A stretch of 64,000 nt of DNA from Amnibacterium sp. (GTDB lineage: Bacteria > Actinomycetota > Actinomycetes > Actinomycetales > Microbacteriaceae): positions 19,456-83,455 of the forward strand of contig NZ_JBQCGC010000095.1 of assembly GCF_051956055.1 (NCBI RefSeq), given 5' to 3'. Every line of letters starts with the position of its first letter. Positions within the stretch are counted from its first letter, which is position 1. The notes under the pieces are model-generated. The model was given only the letters and a program-made list of their open reading frames with translations, was not told the DNA's origin and ran no database searches. Of the stretch, positions 9,881 through 18,129 are shown piece by piece. Both the position numbers and the translations under genes were made by a program.

Positions 9881-9990
9881 CGGCCGTCGTGGAACAGCTG
9901 GATGGTCAGCGGGGCGTTGAACTGCAGGGCCGAGTAGCGGTCCCAGCGCAGGAACAGCTCGCGGACCAGTTCGGTGATGCGCGTGGTCAT
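9877..9990 (-). CDS. Hypothetical microprotein, 37 aa (MTTRITELVRELFLRWDRYSALQFNAPLTIQLFHDGR)
   Basis: GAGGGGGAG RBS just upstream of ATG 9990; nearly all third positions G/C. Confidence 0.6.
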   Translation of the reverse strand: MTTRITELVRELFLRWDRYSALQFNAPLTIQLFHDGR

Positions 9991-10027
9991 GGCTCCCCCT
10001 CGGAGTCGTCGATCCGATCTGGATCTC

Positions 10028-10048
10028 TTCGTATGGTAACTGAACGAA
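10028..10048. promoter_or_regulatory. Candidate ROK operator TTCGT-N11-ACGAA overlapping a minus-strand -10 (TACCAT)
   Basis: AT-richer palindrome in the divergent promoter between the microproteins and the ROK regulator. Confidence 0.45.
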
Positions 10049-10089
10049 CGAAGATGTGCGAGTGTTCCCGTGCGACGTGAGGAGGCCCG

Positions 10090-11220
10090 ATGACGCTGCC
10101 CGAACCCCTGGGCGAGACGGCGGCGCGCGCCTTCCGCGCGCTGCTCGACAGCGGCCGCGCCACCCCTCCCGAGCTGGCGGAGGCCCTCGGGGTCACCAAG
10201 CAGACGATCTCCGCGGCCGTCGTCGAGCTGGAGGAGCGGGAGCTCGTGGAGGCCGTCGCGGTCCAGCAGGGCCGGACCGGTCGCTCCGCGCTGCGGTACG
10301 CGCTGCACCGGCGTGCGGGCTGGGTGGCCGGCATCGATCTCGGCTCGGCACGGCTGCGGGTGGCGGCGGCCCGGCTCGACGGCACGGTCGTGGCCGAGCG
10401 ACTCGTCCCGAATCCCGCGCCGACCGTCTCGCGCGAGTGGCCCGACCAGCTCGAGCTGGCCGCGCACGCCCTCGCCGACCTCGCCCACGAGCTCTCCGAG
10501 TCCGAGGGCGGCCTGCTCGGCGCCGCGATCGCGGTCCCGCGTGCCGTCCCCGTGCGGCAGGACCTCCTCGGCCTCGGCGCGGAGGACGTGGACGTGCGGC
10601 TCCTGGCGGCCCTCGCGCCGGTGGCCCCCGCGGCCGTCTGGACCGAGAACGACGTGAACTGCGAGGCGATCGCGCAGCTCGTGTACCGGCCGGGTCCGAC
10701 CCCGCCGAGCGTGCTCCACCTGCACGTGGGCGCCGGCGTGGGCGTGGCGCTCATCATGGAGGGCACGATCCTGCGCGGGGCGCGAGGCCGCGCGGGGGAG
10801 ATCAAGGGTCTCGCATCGCCGATCGGGCGCGGCCGGACGGTCGAGGACGCCCTGTCGCTCGCCGGTCTGCTGGAGGCGGCGGGTCACTCGCCCGCCGCGC
10901 CGCTGCCCGGGGCGCTCGACGACCTGTTCGCGGCCGCGGCGACCGGGGATCCGGCGGCCGAGGCCGCGCTCGCGGAGGAGGCGACGGGGGTCGCGCTCCT
11001 GCTGCGGGATCTCACCGCCCTGGTGGATCCGGATCTCGTCGTGCTCTCCGGCGCCCTCGGCGCACGGCCCGAGCTCCACGACCGCGTCGTCGCCGCGTGC
11101 GCGCGGCAGGGCGTCGAACCGGTGCCCGAGCCGGACCCGCTCGGGGATGCGGCTCCCGTGCTCGGCGCGGCGGCGCTGGCCGCGGACCTCGTGCTCGGCG
11201 CCCTGGCCCCTCGGGGCTGA
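10090..11220 (+). CDS. ROK family transcriptional regulator
   Basis: N-terminal HTH (TPPELAEALGVTKQTIS...GRTGRS), GIDLGS, ENDVN, GVGVALIMEG..LRGARGRAGEI; AGGAGG RBS. Confidence 0.9.
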   Translation: MTLPEPLGETAARAFRALLDSGRATPPELAEALGVTKQTISAAVVELEERELVEAVAVQQGRTGRSALRYALHRRAGWVAGIDLGSARLRVAAARLDGTVVAERLVPNPAPTVSREWPDQLELAAHALADLAHELSESEGGLLGAAIAVPRAVPVRQDLLGLGAEDVDVRLLAALAPVAPAAVWTENDVNCEAIAQLVYRPGPTPPSVLHLHVGAGVGVALIMEGTILRGARGRAGEIKGLASPIGRGRTVEDALSLAGLLEAAGHSPAAPLPGALDDLFAAAATGDPAAEAALAEEATGVALLLRDLTALVDPDLVVLSGALGARPELHDRVVAACARQGVEPVPEPDPLGDAAPVLGAAALAADLVLGALAPRG

Positions 11221-11226
11221 GCGGGC

Positions 11227-12255
11227 TCAGCCGGCCGCGATCAGCCGATCGACCGCGGCGACGACCACGGTCGGCGCCACGGACGTGAGGCACGGATGGC
11301 CGGGCACGGGGCAGAGCGTGGCGCGGGTGCCCGCGCAGGGCGCGTCCCGCTGCCCGAGGAGCTCGACCGGCACCCCGTACGGCGCCCAGCGCTCGGGCGG
11401 CACGACCGCGGAGAAGAGGCTCACGATGGGTCGGCCGACGGCGGCCGCGAGATGCGCGGGTCCCGTGTTGCCGACCACCACGACGGAGGCGCCCGCGAGC
11501 GCGAGCGCCGTGCCGCCGAGGTCGAGCAGGCCGCCGAGGTCGATGCCGTCGCTGCCGGCGACCCGCGCGGTCAGCTCCCGCTCGTGCTCGCCGCCGGTGA
11601 CCGCGACGGCATGCCCCGCCTCCGCCAGCAGTCGCACGACCTCGGCGAAGTGGTGCGCCGGGTACTCCCTGGCCGGGTACTGCGCGCCGGGATGCACGAC
11701 GACGTACTCGTCGGGCAGCGCATCGAGCGTCGCGGGTCTCGCCGGAGGGAGCCGCACGTGCAGCCGCCCGTCGTCCTCGTCGGGGAGCGCGTAGCCGGCG
11801 AGGCGCACGATAGCGAGGTTCCGCTCCGGCTCGGGGATGTCCTCCGGGAACGTCTCCCCCGGGATCCACCGCTCGTCGAGCAGCCCGGCGGAGGCCTCCA
11901 CGGACGCGCCGAGGATCCGCGGCACCCCCGCGAGCCGGAGGAGGAGTGCGATCGGCAGCGGCGACTGGTGGAACGACGTGAGGATGATCGCCTCGTCCGG
12001 ACGGCACTCCTCGACCACGGCGTTCACGTCGGCGACGAGCTCGGCGTCGACGGGCCGGTCCACGGCCGTGATCCACGGGATGCCGACCACCCGCAACTGG
12101 TCGATGCCCGGGAGGAGGCGCGCCGCGGACCTCCCCCGCGGCCCGGCCATCATCCACACCTCGGTGTCCTCACGCGCGGCGACGGCGCGCACGGCGGGAC
12201 CCGCCATGAGCACGTCGCCCATGCTGTCGAGGCGGACGAGGAGCACCCGCCGCAC
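11227..12255 (-). CDS. Glycosyltransferase family 9 (heptosyltransferase-like)
   Basis: VLLVRLDSMGDVLM, VVVHPGA, VVVGNTGPAHLAAAVG. Confidence 0.88.
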   Translation of the reverse strand: MRRVLLVRLDSMGDVLMAGPAVRAVAAREDTEVWMMAGPRGRSAARLLPGIDQLRVVGIPWITAVDRPVDAELVADVNAVVEECRPDEAIILTSFHQSPLPIALLLRLAGVPRILGASVEASAGLLDERWIPGETFPEDIPEPERNLAIVRLAGYALPDEDDGRLHVRLPPARPATLDALPDEYVVVHPGAQYPAREYPAHHFAEVVRLLAEAGHAVAVTGGEHERELTARVAGSDGIDLGGLLDLGGTALALAGASVVVVGNTGPAHLAAAVGRPIVSLFSAVVPPERWAPYGVPVELLGQRDAPCAGTRATLCPVPGHPCLTSVAPTVVVAAVDRLIAAG

Positions 12256-12260
12256 GGGGC

Positions 12261-12848
12261 TCAGCGCTTCAACGCGGCGCGCGCGGTGTCGGCGAGCTTC
12301 GCCGCCGCGTTCGCCCTGGTGTCGGCGTCGGGCACGCCCGCGATCGCGAGCCGGACCGCCTTGCGGATCTGCTCGGCCTCGAGCAGCCAGGCGATGTGCC
12401 CCAGGAACTCGGAGGCGTGCTCCTCCGGAGGCAGGTCCTTCGCCGCGGGGCTCAGCCCGAGCTTCGGGAGCACGATCTCGTGCGCGACGACGAAGGCGCC
12501 GATGCCGTACGCGGCACCCGCCCAGAGCTTCGTCCTGGGGAGGTACTCGGCCGCGACCGAGTACGCCGCGACGGTGACCACCGAGAAGCCGAAGTGCACG
12601 GCGAGCACACCCCAGGGGACCTGGTTGCCGTTGTACTCGTAGGTCGCGCCGTCCGGGTCGACGCCGCGCTGCTTCAGGAAGGTCACGGGCGGCACCTCCC
12701 GATCGGGCGTGCGCGGCGGGAACAGGGCCTCCCAGCCCATCTTCACGGCACCGGAGGTGAGCCCGGCGACGACGCCGGCGACCAGCGCGGCGCCCGGGCG
12801 GCGGCTCTCCTTGGCGGACAGGTCGAGCAGTCCGAACGGCGTCTTCAT
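12261..12848 (-). CDS. DUF1440 / YagU-like membrane protein
   Basis: GLTSGAVKMGWEALFPPRTP, HFGFSV, SEFLGHIAW..EQIRK resemble YagU (DUF1440). Confidence 0.8.
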   Translation of the reverse strand: MKTPFGLLDLSAKESRRPGAALVAGVVAGLTSGAVKMGWEALFPPRTPDREVPPVTFLKQRGVDPDGATYEYNGNQVPWGVLAVHFGFSVVTVAAYSVAAEYLPRTKLWAGAAYGIGAFVVAHEIVLPKLGLSPAAKDLPPEEHASEFLGHIAWLLEAEQIRKAVRLAIAGVPDADTRANAAAKLADTARAALKR

Positions 12849-12936
12849 GGCTGCATCGTCCCGTGCGCCTGTTACCGCTGTCTGGGAACCGGCTGCAACC
12901 CCTTGCGGAGGAGCTCGCACCGGCCCCTCGAGTCGG

Positions 12937-13587
12937 TCAACCGGGCACGAGGGCGGGCACGAGCACCGCGAGCAGCACCGCGGGCAGGGCCACGAGGGCG
13001 AGCCCGGCCGCTGCCGGCGCCGGGCGATCTCGGCGCCGCTCGGCCACGACGAACTCGGCGACCGCGGCCGCGAGCACCACCACGGTGAGCACGCGGACAC
13101 CCCCGCTCGGTGGGGAACCCGTGAGGAGCCCCCCGATCTGCGTGAACGCCACCGTCCCCCACGGCACGATCCCGAGCACCGCCGACCAGTGCAGGGGGCG
13201 CGGATCGCCGCCCGGTCGGTGCAGGGACCGCAGCAGCACGGCGCCACCGCTCGCGGCGTAGACGAGGACGATCGCCACCGCGTCGGCGATCCCGTTCAAG
13301 CGGGCGACCAGGACCAGCACGATCGGGCTCGCCGCTCCGAGCGCCCAGGCGACGGCGCCGCCCGCGAGCCGCCCGCGCGCCCGGATCACCGCGACCACCG
13401 CGACGAGCGCGGGAGGGATCAGGACCGCGTCCCCGACGCGGAGGTCGGCGATGCGGACGGGACCGCCCGGCAGGACCGCGAACACGGGACGGGCCACCGG
13501 CCCGTGCAGCACGGCGACGACGCCGAGCAGCACCGTGACGAGCGCGAGGCCCGCCGAGAGCCACCCGGCACGCCGCGCGTCGTTCAC
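12937..13587 (-). CDS. 7-TM membrane protein, degenerate heliorhodopsin-like (no Lys)
   Basis: Seven hydrophobic segments; PVRIADLRVGDAV, SPIVLVLVARLNGIADAVA, PLHWSAVLGIVPW resemble heliorhodopsin helices B-E; GTG start overlaps upstream stop (GTGA). Confidence 0.6.
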   Translation of the reverse strand: MNDARRAGWLSAGLALVTVLLGVVAVLHGPVARPVFAVLPGGPVRIADLRVGDAVLIPPALVAVVAVIRARGRLAGGAVAWALGAASPIVLVLVARLNGIADAVAIVLVYAASGGAVLLRSLHRPGGDPRPLHWSAVLGIVPWGTVAFTQIGGLLTGSPPSGGVRVLTVVVLAAAVAEFVVAERRRDRPAPAAAGLALVALPAVLLAVLVPALVPG

Positions 13588-14225
13588 GGCAGCGCGGCGC
13601 CCGTCGGGTCGCTCTCGGCCGCCGGGATGCGGCGGTCGGTCCACCGGTCGACCAGCCAGTCGCCCTCGACGCGGTCGAGGATCACCACCCCGGTGTTCGG
13701 CAGCCCGTGCTCGGCGCCGAAGTCGTCGGGCACGTTGACGGCCCGAGCCGACGCCCACGCGCGGATCGCGGCGCCGTGGCTCACGCAGAGCACCGAGTCC
13801 GCGCCGTCGAGCGCCGCGGCGATCGCCCGGTCGAAGCGCTCGAAGAACGTCTCCCCCGTCTCCGGTGCGCCGGGCACCGTCGCGGCGAGATCACCGGTCG
13901 CCCAGGCGAGCACCGTCCCGAGGTAGCGCAGGTGCGCCTCGCGGTCGGCGCGCAGCTCGAGCTCGCCCGCGAGGACCTCGCGCAGCCCCGCGTCCGTGGC
14001 GAGGTCGAGACCCCGCGCCGCCGCGATGGGGGTCGCGGTCTGGACGGTGCGGGCGAGCGGGGACGCGACCACCCTGTCGATGCGCTCGTCGGCGAGGACA
14101 CCGACCAGCGCATCGGCCTGCCGCCGCCCGGTGGGCGTCAGCTCCGCGCCCGGGATCGCCGTGTCGAGCAGCCCCTGCACGTTCGACCGGGTCTCACCAT
14201 GACGGACCAGGATCACGCGGCTCAT
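13584..14225 (-). CDS. Histidine phosphatase family protein (phosphoglycerate mutase-like)
   Basis: VILVRHGET (RHG motif), SPLARTVQTA, LREVLAG, VSHGAAIR. Confidence 0.92.
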   Translation of the reverse strand: MSRVILVRHGETRSNVQGLLDTAIPGAELTPTGRRQADALVGVLADERIDRVVASPLARTVQTATPIAAARGLDLATDAGLREVLAGELELRADREAHLRYLGTVLAWATGDLAATVPGAPETGETFFERFDRAIAAALDGADSVLCVSHGAAIRAWASARAVNVPDDFGAEHGLPNTGVVILDRVEGDWLVDRWTDRRIPAAESDPTGAALP

Positions 14226-14295
14226 GCCGCCATCCTTCCCGAACAGTCGTGCACACCCGCTGCGCGCATCCGGATCGCGCGCGTACCGTGCCGCC

Positions 14296-14493
14296 ATGGA
14301 CAGCGACGTCATCGGCAGCTCGAACCCCGGCCCCGAGGAGGGTGAGCCCCGCTCGCCCGGGCAGGGCACGGAGGATCCCGGTCCCGGCGGGGAGATCCCC
14401 GGGCGCGGCTCGTCGAACCCCGGGCCCGCGGAACCGGACGAGGTGGAGGAGCCGGGGCGGGGATCCGAGAACCCGGGTCCGGAGGAGGACTGA
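14296..14493 (+). CDS. Small acidic Gly/Pro/Glu-rich repeat peptide, 65 aa
   Basis: TACCGT -10 six nt before ATG; GC3-biased; four (N/D)PGP-containing repeats. Confidence 0.6.
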   Translation: MDSDVIGSSNPGPEEGEPRSPGQGTEDPGPGGEIPGRGSSNPGPAEPDEVEEPGRGSENPGPEED

Positions 14494-15336
14494 TCACGCC
14501 TCCCGCGTGATCTCCACCTCCACGAACAGCCGGCTGCCGAACGGCCCGGCGTAGATCCCGCGGAGCGGCGCCACGTCGCCGTAGTCCCTCCCCCTGCCCA
14601 CGAGCACGTGCCGCTCGCCGATCGGGAGGTCGTTCGTCGGGTCGAAGCCGTGCCACGAGCCGCAGAACCACTCGACCCACGCGTGGGACTCACCCGTCAC
14701 GGGGACGCCGACCGGGAAGGCCGGGTCGGGGTGGAGGTAGCCCGAGACGTACCTGGCCGGCACGCCGATCGCCCGCAGCGCACCGATCGCGATGTGCGCG
14801 ATGTCCTGGCACACACCGCGGCCGTGCGCCCACGCCTCCTGCGCGGTGGACTGCACCCCGGTGACGCCGGCCATGTAGACGATGCGGCGGTGGATCTCCC
14901 GGCAGACCTCGAGCGCGGCGGCGCAGGGAGCGAGGTCCGCGGCCGCCGCTCGGGCGAGCTCCACGACCTCCGCCGGCGGCTCGGTCGACACGGTCTGCTG
15001 GAGCTGCTCGACGGTCTCGACGGACGACTGCGCGGCCCGCGCGAGCTCCTCCCAGGTCAGCGGGGCCGAGCGGTGCTCCTCGCGCCGCACCTCCACGAGG
15101 CTCGTCGCCGTGAGCGAGAGCTCCCGATGAGGCGTGAGGATCTCGAACGAGTTCACGCGGGTGCCCCAGTAGTCGACGTACCCGTGCGACGAGGAGATGG
15201 GGGAGATCTCGAGATGCGAGGCGAGCACGAACTGGCCGTCGTCGCTGCCGGGAAGCATCCTGGCCTCGTTGTACGACTGGGTGACCTCACCGCCGTAGTG
15301 ATAGCCGGTCGCATGCCTGACCCGGAGTCGGCTCAT
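14494..15336 (-). CDS. Transglutaminase family protein (Bact_transglu_N + transglutaminase core)
   Basis: LRVRHATGYHY, GVCQDIAH, ARYVSGYL, SHAWVE, GFDPTN, GRGRDYGDVAP. Confidence 0.93.
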   Translation of the reverse strand: MSRLRVRHATGYHYGGEVTQSYNEARMLPGSDDGQFVLASHLEISPISSSHGYVDYWGTRVNSFEILTPHRELSLTATSLVEVRREEHRSAPLTWEELARAAQSSVETVEQLQQTVSTEPPAEVVELARAAAADLAPCAAALEVCREIHRRIVYMAGVTGVQSTAQEAWAHGRGVCQDIAHIAIGALRAIGVPARYVSGYLHPDPAFPVGVPVTGESHAWVEWFCGSWHGFDPTNDLPIGERHVLVGRGRDYGDVAPLRGIYAGPFGSRLFVEVEITREA

Positions 15337-15365
15337 GCCGCACCACGCATCCTTCTCGCCACGGC

Positions 15366-16292
15366 TCAGAACTCCCCGACCCACACGGGCGTCGCGTTCG
15401 TCGGGAAGTAACGCTGCCGGATCGCCTCCGACGCCGCGGAGGTCGCGCCCTGCACCGCCTCCATCTGCACCCCGAGCTGCGCCAGGATCTCGTCGATGGG
15501 GCGGTACTCGAGCTCGGAGCGGATCTGGCCGAGCACCCGGAGCGCGCGATCGGAGGTCCCGACGCGCTCGTTGCGCGGCTCCAGCTGCCGGAGGCACGAC
15601 TCCGCCCGCTGGATCGAGAACAGGATCGAGCGGGGGAACAGCCGATCCACCGCGAGGAACTCGGCCGCGTTCTGCGCCGACGGGTTGCCACGGTAGGTCC
15701 GGAGGTAGGCCTCGTAGCCGCCGCACGAGCGCAGCAACGTCGTCCCGCTCGGGCCGTTGTTGCCGGTGGGGGCATGGGTCGCGAGCAGCCGGGCCGTCAT
15801 GTCGGCGCGCTCGATGCTCCGGCCGAGGGTGAAGAACTGCCACGCGTCGTCACGGCTCGTCGCGCTCTCGATGATGCCGACGGCGAGCGCCGTGCGCTCC
15901 CGCACCCAGGCGAAGTACTCGGCCACGTGGGCAGGCGATACCTGCCGCGGCATGCGCGACCTGGTGGTGTTCAGGCACTCCCAGAGCTCGGTGCTCACGA
16001 TCTCCCGCGCGCGTCTCGCGTTCTCCCGCGCCGCGGTGAGCGAGTACGCGATCGACGCGGGATGGGTGCGGTCGATGGCGAGGACCGCGAGGACGTCGCC
16101 CCGGCGGAGGGGGCCGTCGGCGGGGGGCGGGGAGCCCATCACCGCGAGCAGCGCCCTGCAGGCGGTGTCCTCGTCGACCCACGGGTCCTCGAGCAGCAGC
16201 TGCAGGTGCACGTCGAGGATGCGGGCGGTGCCGTCGCCGCGCTCGATGTACCGCCCGATCCAGAACAGGCTCTCCGCGATCCGGCTCAGCAC
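15366..16292 (-). CDS. Alpha-E domain protein (DUF403)
   Basis: LSRIAESLFWIGRYIER, ARENARRAREIVSTELWE, LGRSIERAD (two ER motifs). Confidence 0.93.
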   Translation of the reverse strand: MLSRIAESLFWIGRYIERGDGTARILDVHLQLLLEDPWVDEDTACRALLAVMGSPPPADGPLRRGDVLAVLAIDRTHPASIAYSLTAARENARRAREIVSTELWECLNTTRSRMPRQVSPAHVAEYFAWVRERTALAVGIIESATSRDDAWQFFTLGRSIERADMTARLLATHAPTGNNGPSGTTLLRSCGGYEAYLRTYRGNPSAQNAAEFLAVDRLFPRSILFSIQRAESCLRQLEPRNERVGTSDRALRVLGQIRSELEYRPIDEILAQLGVQMEAVQGATSAASEAIRQRYFPTNATPVWVGEF

Positions 16293-18034
16293 GGGGCGCC
16301 CTCGTCCGTGGCGTTCGGGGTGGTCTCGAGGCTCGGGGTCTCGAGGCTCGGGGTGGTCTCGAGGCTCGCTCCGCTCGCACCTCGACCGGCGGAGGGCATC
16401 GACTGCTGCTGTTGCTGCTGCTGCTCGCCGGTGTCGTCGACGACGTCGAGCGGCGCGCGATCGGGCTCGTGGGACGGGGGCTCGGCGATCCGCTCGGCCC
16501 GGTCGTGGGCCGCCTGGCCGCGCACGATCGCGCCCACGGACCGCTCCTGCTGGATCGGTCCCGACCCGATGACCCAGGTGTCCTTCGAACCGCCGCCCTG
16601 GCTCGAGTTGACGACCAGCTGCCCCTCCGGCAGCGCGACCCGGGTGAGGCCGCCCGGCAGCACCCACACGTCGCGCCCGTCGTTCACGGCGAACGGCCGC
16701 AGGTCGGCGTGCCGCGGGCGCACCCCCTCCTCCACGAGGGTCGGGATCGTCGAGAGCTGCACGACCGGCTGCGCGATCCAGCCCCGCGGATCGGCGATCA
16801 GCGTCCGGCGCAGCGCGTCGAGCTGCGCGGTCGTCGCCATCGGCCCGACGACGAGCCCCTTGCCTCCCGAACCGTCCACGGGCTTCACCACGAGCTCGTC
16901 GAGCCGGTCGAGCACCTCCGCGAGTGCCTCCGGCTCCTCGAGGCGCCAGGTGTCGACGTTCCGCAGCCTCGGCTCCTCGCCCAGGTAGTAGCGGATGAGG
17001 TCGGGCAGGTAGGTGTAGACGAGCTTGTCGTCGGCGACCCCGTTGCCGACCGCGTTGGCGATCGTGACGTTCCCCAGCCTGGCGGCGAGCATCAGGCCGG
17101 GGGAGCCGAGCAGCGAGTCGGCACGGAACTGCAGCGGGTCGAGGAACTCGTCGTCGACCCGGCGGTAGATGACGTCGACCCGGGTCGGGCCCGCGGTCGT
17201 CCGCATCCACACGCGACCGCCCGAGCAGAACAGGTCGCGCCCCTCCACCAGCTCCACGCCCATCAGGCGCGCGAGGAGGGTGTGCTCGAAGTAGGCCGAG
17301 TTGTACACGCCGGGGGTGAGCACGACGACGGTCGGATCGTCGATCCCGGGAGGCGCGGCGGCGCGGAGGGCCTGCAGCAGCCGCCGTGGGTACTCGCCGA
17401 CCGGTCGGATGCGCATCTGGACGAACAGCTCCGGCAGCGTCTGCGCCATCACCCGCCGGTTCGAGATGACGTAGCTCACGCCCGACGGCACGCGCACGTT
17501 GTCCTCGAGCACCCGCCAGTCGCCGTGCTCGTCGCGGATCAGGTCGATCCCCGACACCTGGATCCGCACCCCGTTCGCCGGCACGACCCCGGCCGCCTGC
17601 CGGTGGAAGTGGGAGGAGGAGCTGATCAGCGCCGCCGGGACGACCCCGTCGCGCACGGCCGCCTGCGGCCCGTACACGTCGGCGAGGAACGCCTCGAGCG
17701 CCCGGACCCGCTGCTGCACACCGGCCTCGACGAACGCCCAGTCGTCCGCCTCGATCACCCGCGGCACCGCGTCGAGGGGGAACGGGCGCTCCTCGCCCGC
17801 GAAGTCGAAGGTGACGCCCTGCGCGAGGTACGAGTCGGCGAGCGCCGCGGTCCGCCCCCGCAGCTCCGCCTGGGTCATGGTGGCGAGCGCGCCGTGCACC
17901 TCCCGGTACGGAGCGCGGGGCACCGCGTCGGCCGTGGTCATCGGCAGCTCGGCGAACATCTCGTCGAACGGCCCGGTCGCGCCGGGCGCGGAGGGGCTGC
18001 CCGTGCGCGCGTACCCGTCGAAGAGGTCCGCCAT
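16286..18034 (-). CDS. Circularly permuted type 2 ATP-grasp protein
   Basis: FPLDAVPR, VLEDNVRVPSGVSY, NSAYFEH, YRRVDD, NAVGNGVADDK, VVKPVDGSGG, DLRPF, VNSSQGGGSKDTWV; polyQ tail. Confidence 0.93.
   Translation of the reverse strand: MADLFDGYARTGSPSAPGATGPFDEMFAELPMTTADAVPRAPYREVHGALATMTQAELRGRTAALADSYLAQGVTFDFAGEERPFPLDAVPRVIEADDWAFVEAGVQQRVRALEAFLADVYGPQAAVRDGVVPAALISSSSHFHRQAAGVVPANGVRIQVSGIDLIRDEHGDWRVLEDNVRVPSGVSYVISNRRVMAQTLPELFVQMRIRPVGEYPRRLLQALRAAAPPGIDDPTVVVLTPGVYNSAYFEHTLLARLMGVELVEGRDLFCSGGRVWMRTTAGPTRVDVIYRRVDDEFLDPLQFRADSLLGSPGLMLAARLGNVTIANAVGNGVADDKLVYTYLPDLIRYYLGEEPRLRNVDTWRLEEPEALAEVLDRLDELVVKPVDGSGGKGLVVGPMATTAQLDALRRTLIADPRGWIAQPVVQLSTIPTLVEEGVRPRHADLRPFAVNDGRDVWVLPGGLTRVALPEGQLVVNSSQGGGSKDTWVIGSGPIQQERSVGAIVRGQAAHDRAERIAEPPSHEPDRAPLDVVDDTGEQQQQQQQSMPSAGRGASGASLETTPSLETPSLETTPNATDEGAPC
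16317..16392 (+). repeat. REP-like family B copy with tandem partial duplications, inside a CDS
   Basis: 16351-16392 identical to 2169-2210; GGTCTCGAGGCTCG occurs three times in 16317-16368. Confidence 0.9.
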
Positions 18035-18057
18035 GACCGCAGCGTAGCCAGGGCCGT

Positions 18058-18073
18058 GTTCCGGGCTTGTTAC
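18058..18073 (-). promoter_or_regulatory. Candidate GlnR box GTAAC-N6-GGAAC upstream of the ATP-grasp operon
   Basis: Minus strand reads GTAAC aagccc GGAAC, 11 nt before -10 TACGCT (18046-18041); resembles actinobacterial GlnR consensus gTnAc-n6-GaAAc. Confidence 0.5.
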
Positions 18074-18129
18074 AGGTGTCGGGGCCGTCGACCGCCGTCC
18101 GGACCGGCCCTGGCAATACGATCGCGCCC

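Noticed and set aside
16404-16427. CAG/CTG microsatellite as a phase-variation tract
   Set aside because: In-frame triplet run encoding polyQ; such tails are typical of actinobacterial members of this ATP-grasp family and cannot shift the frame
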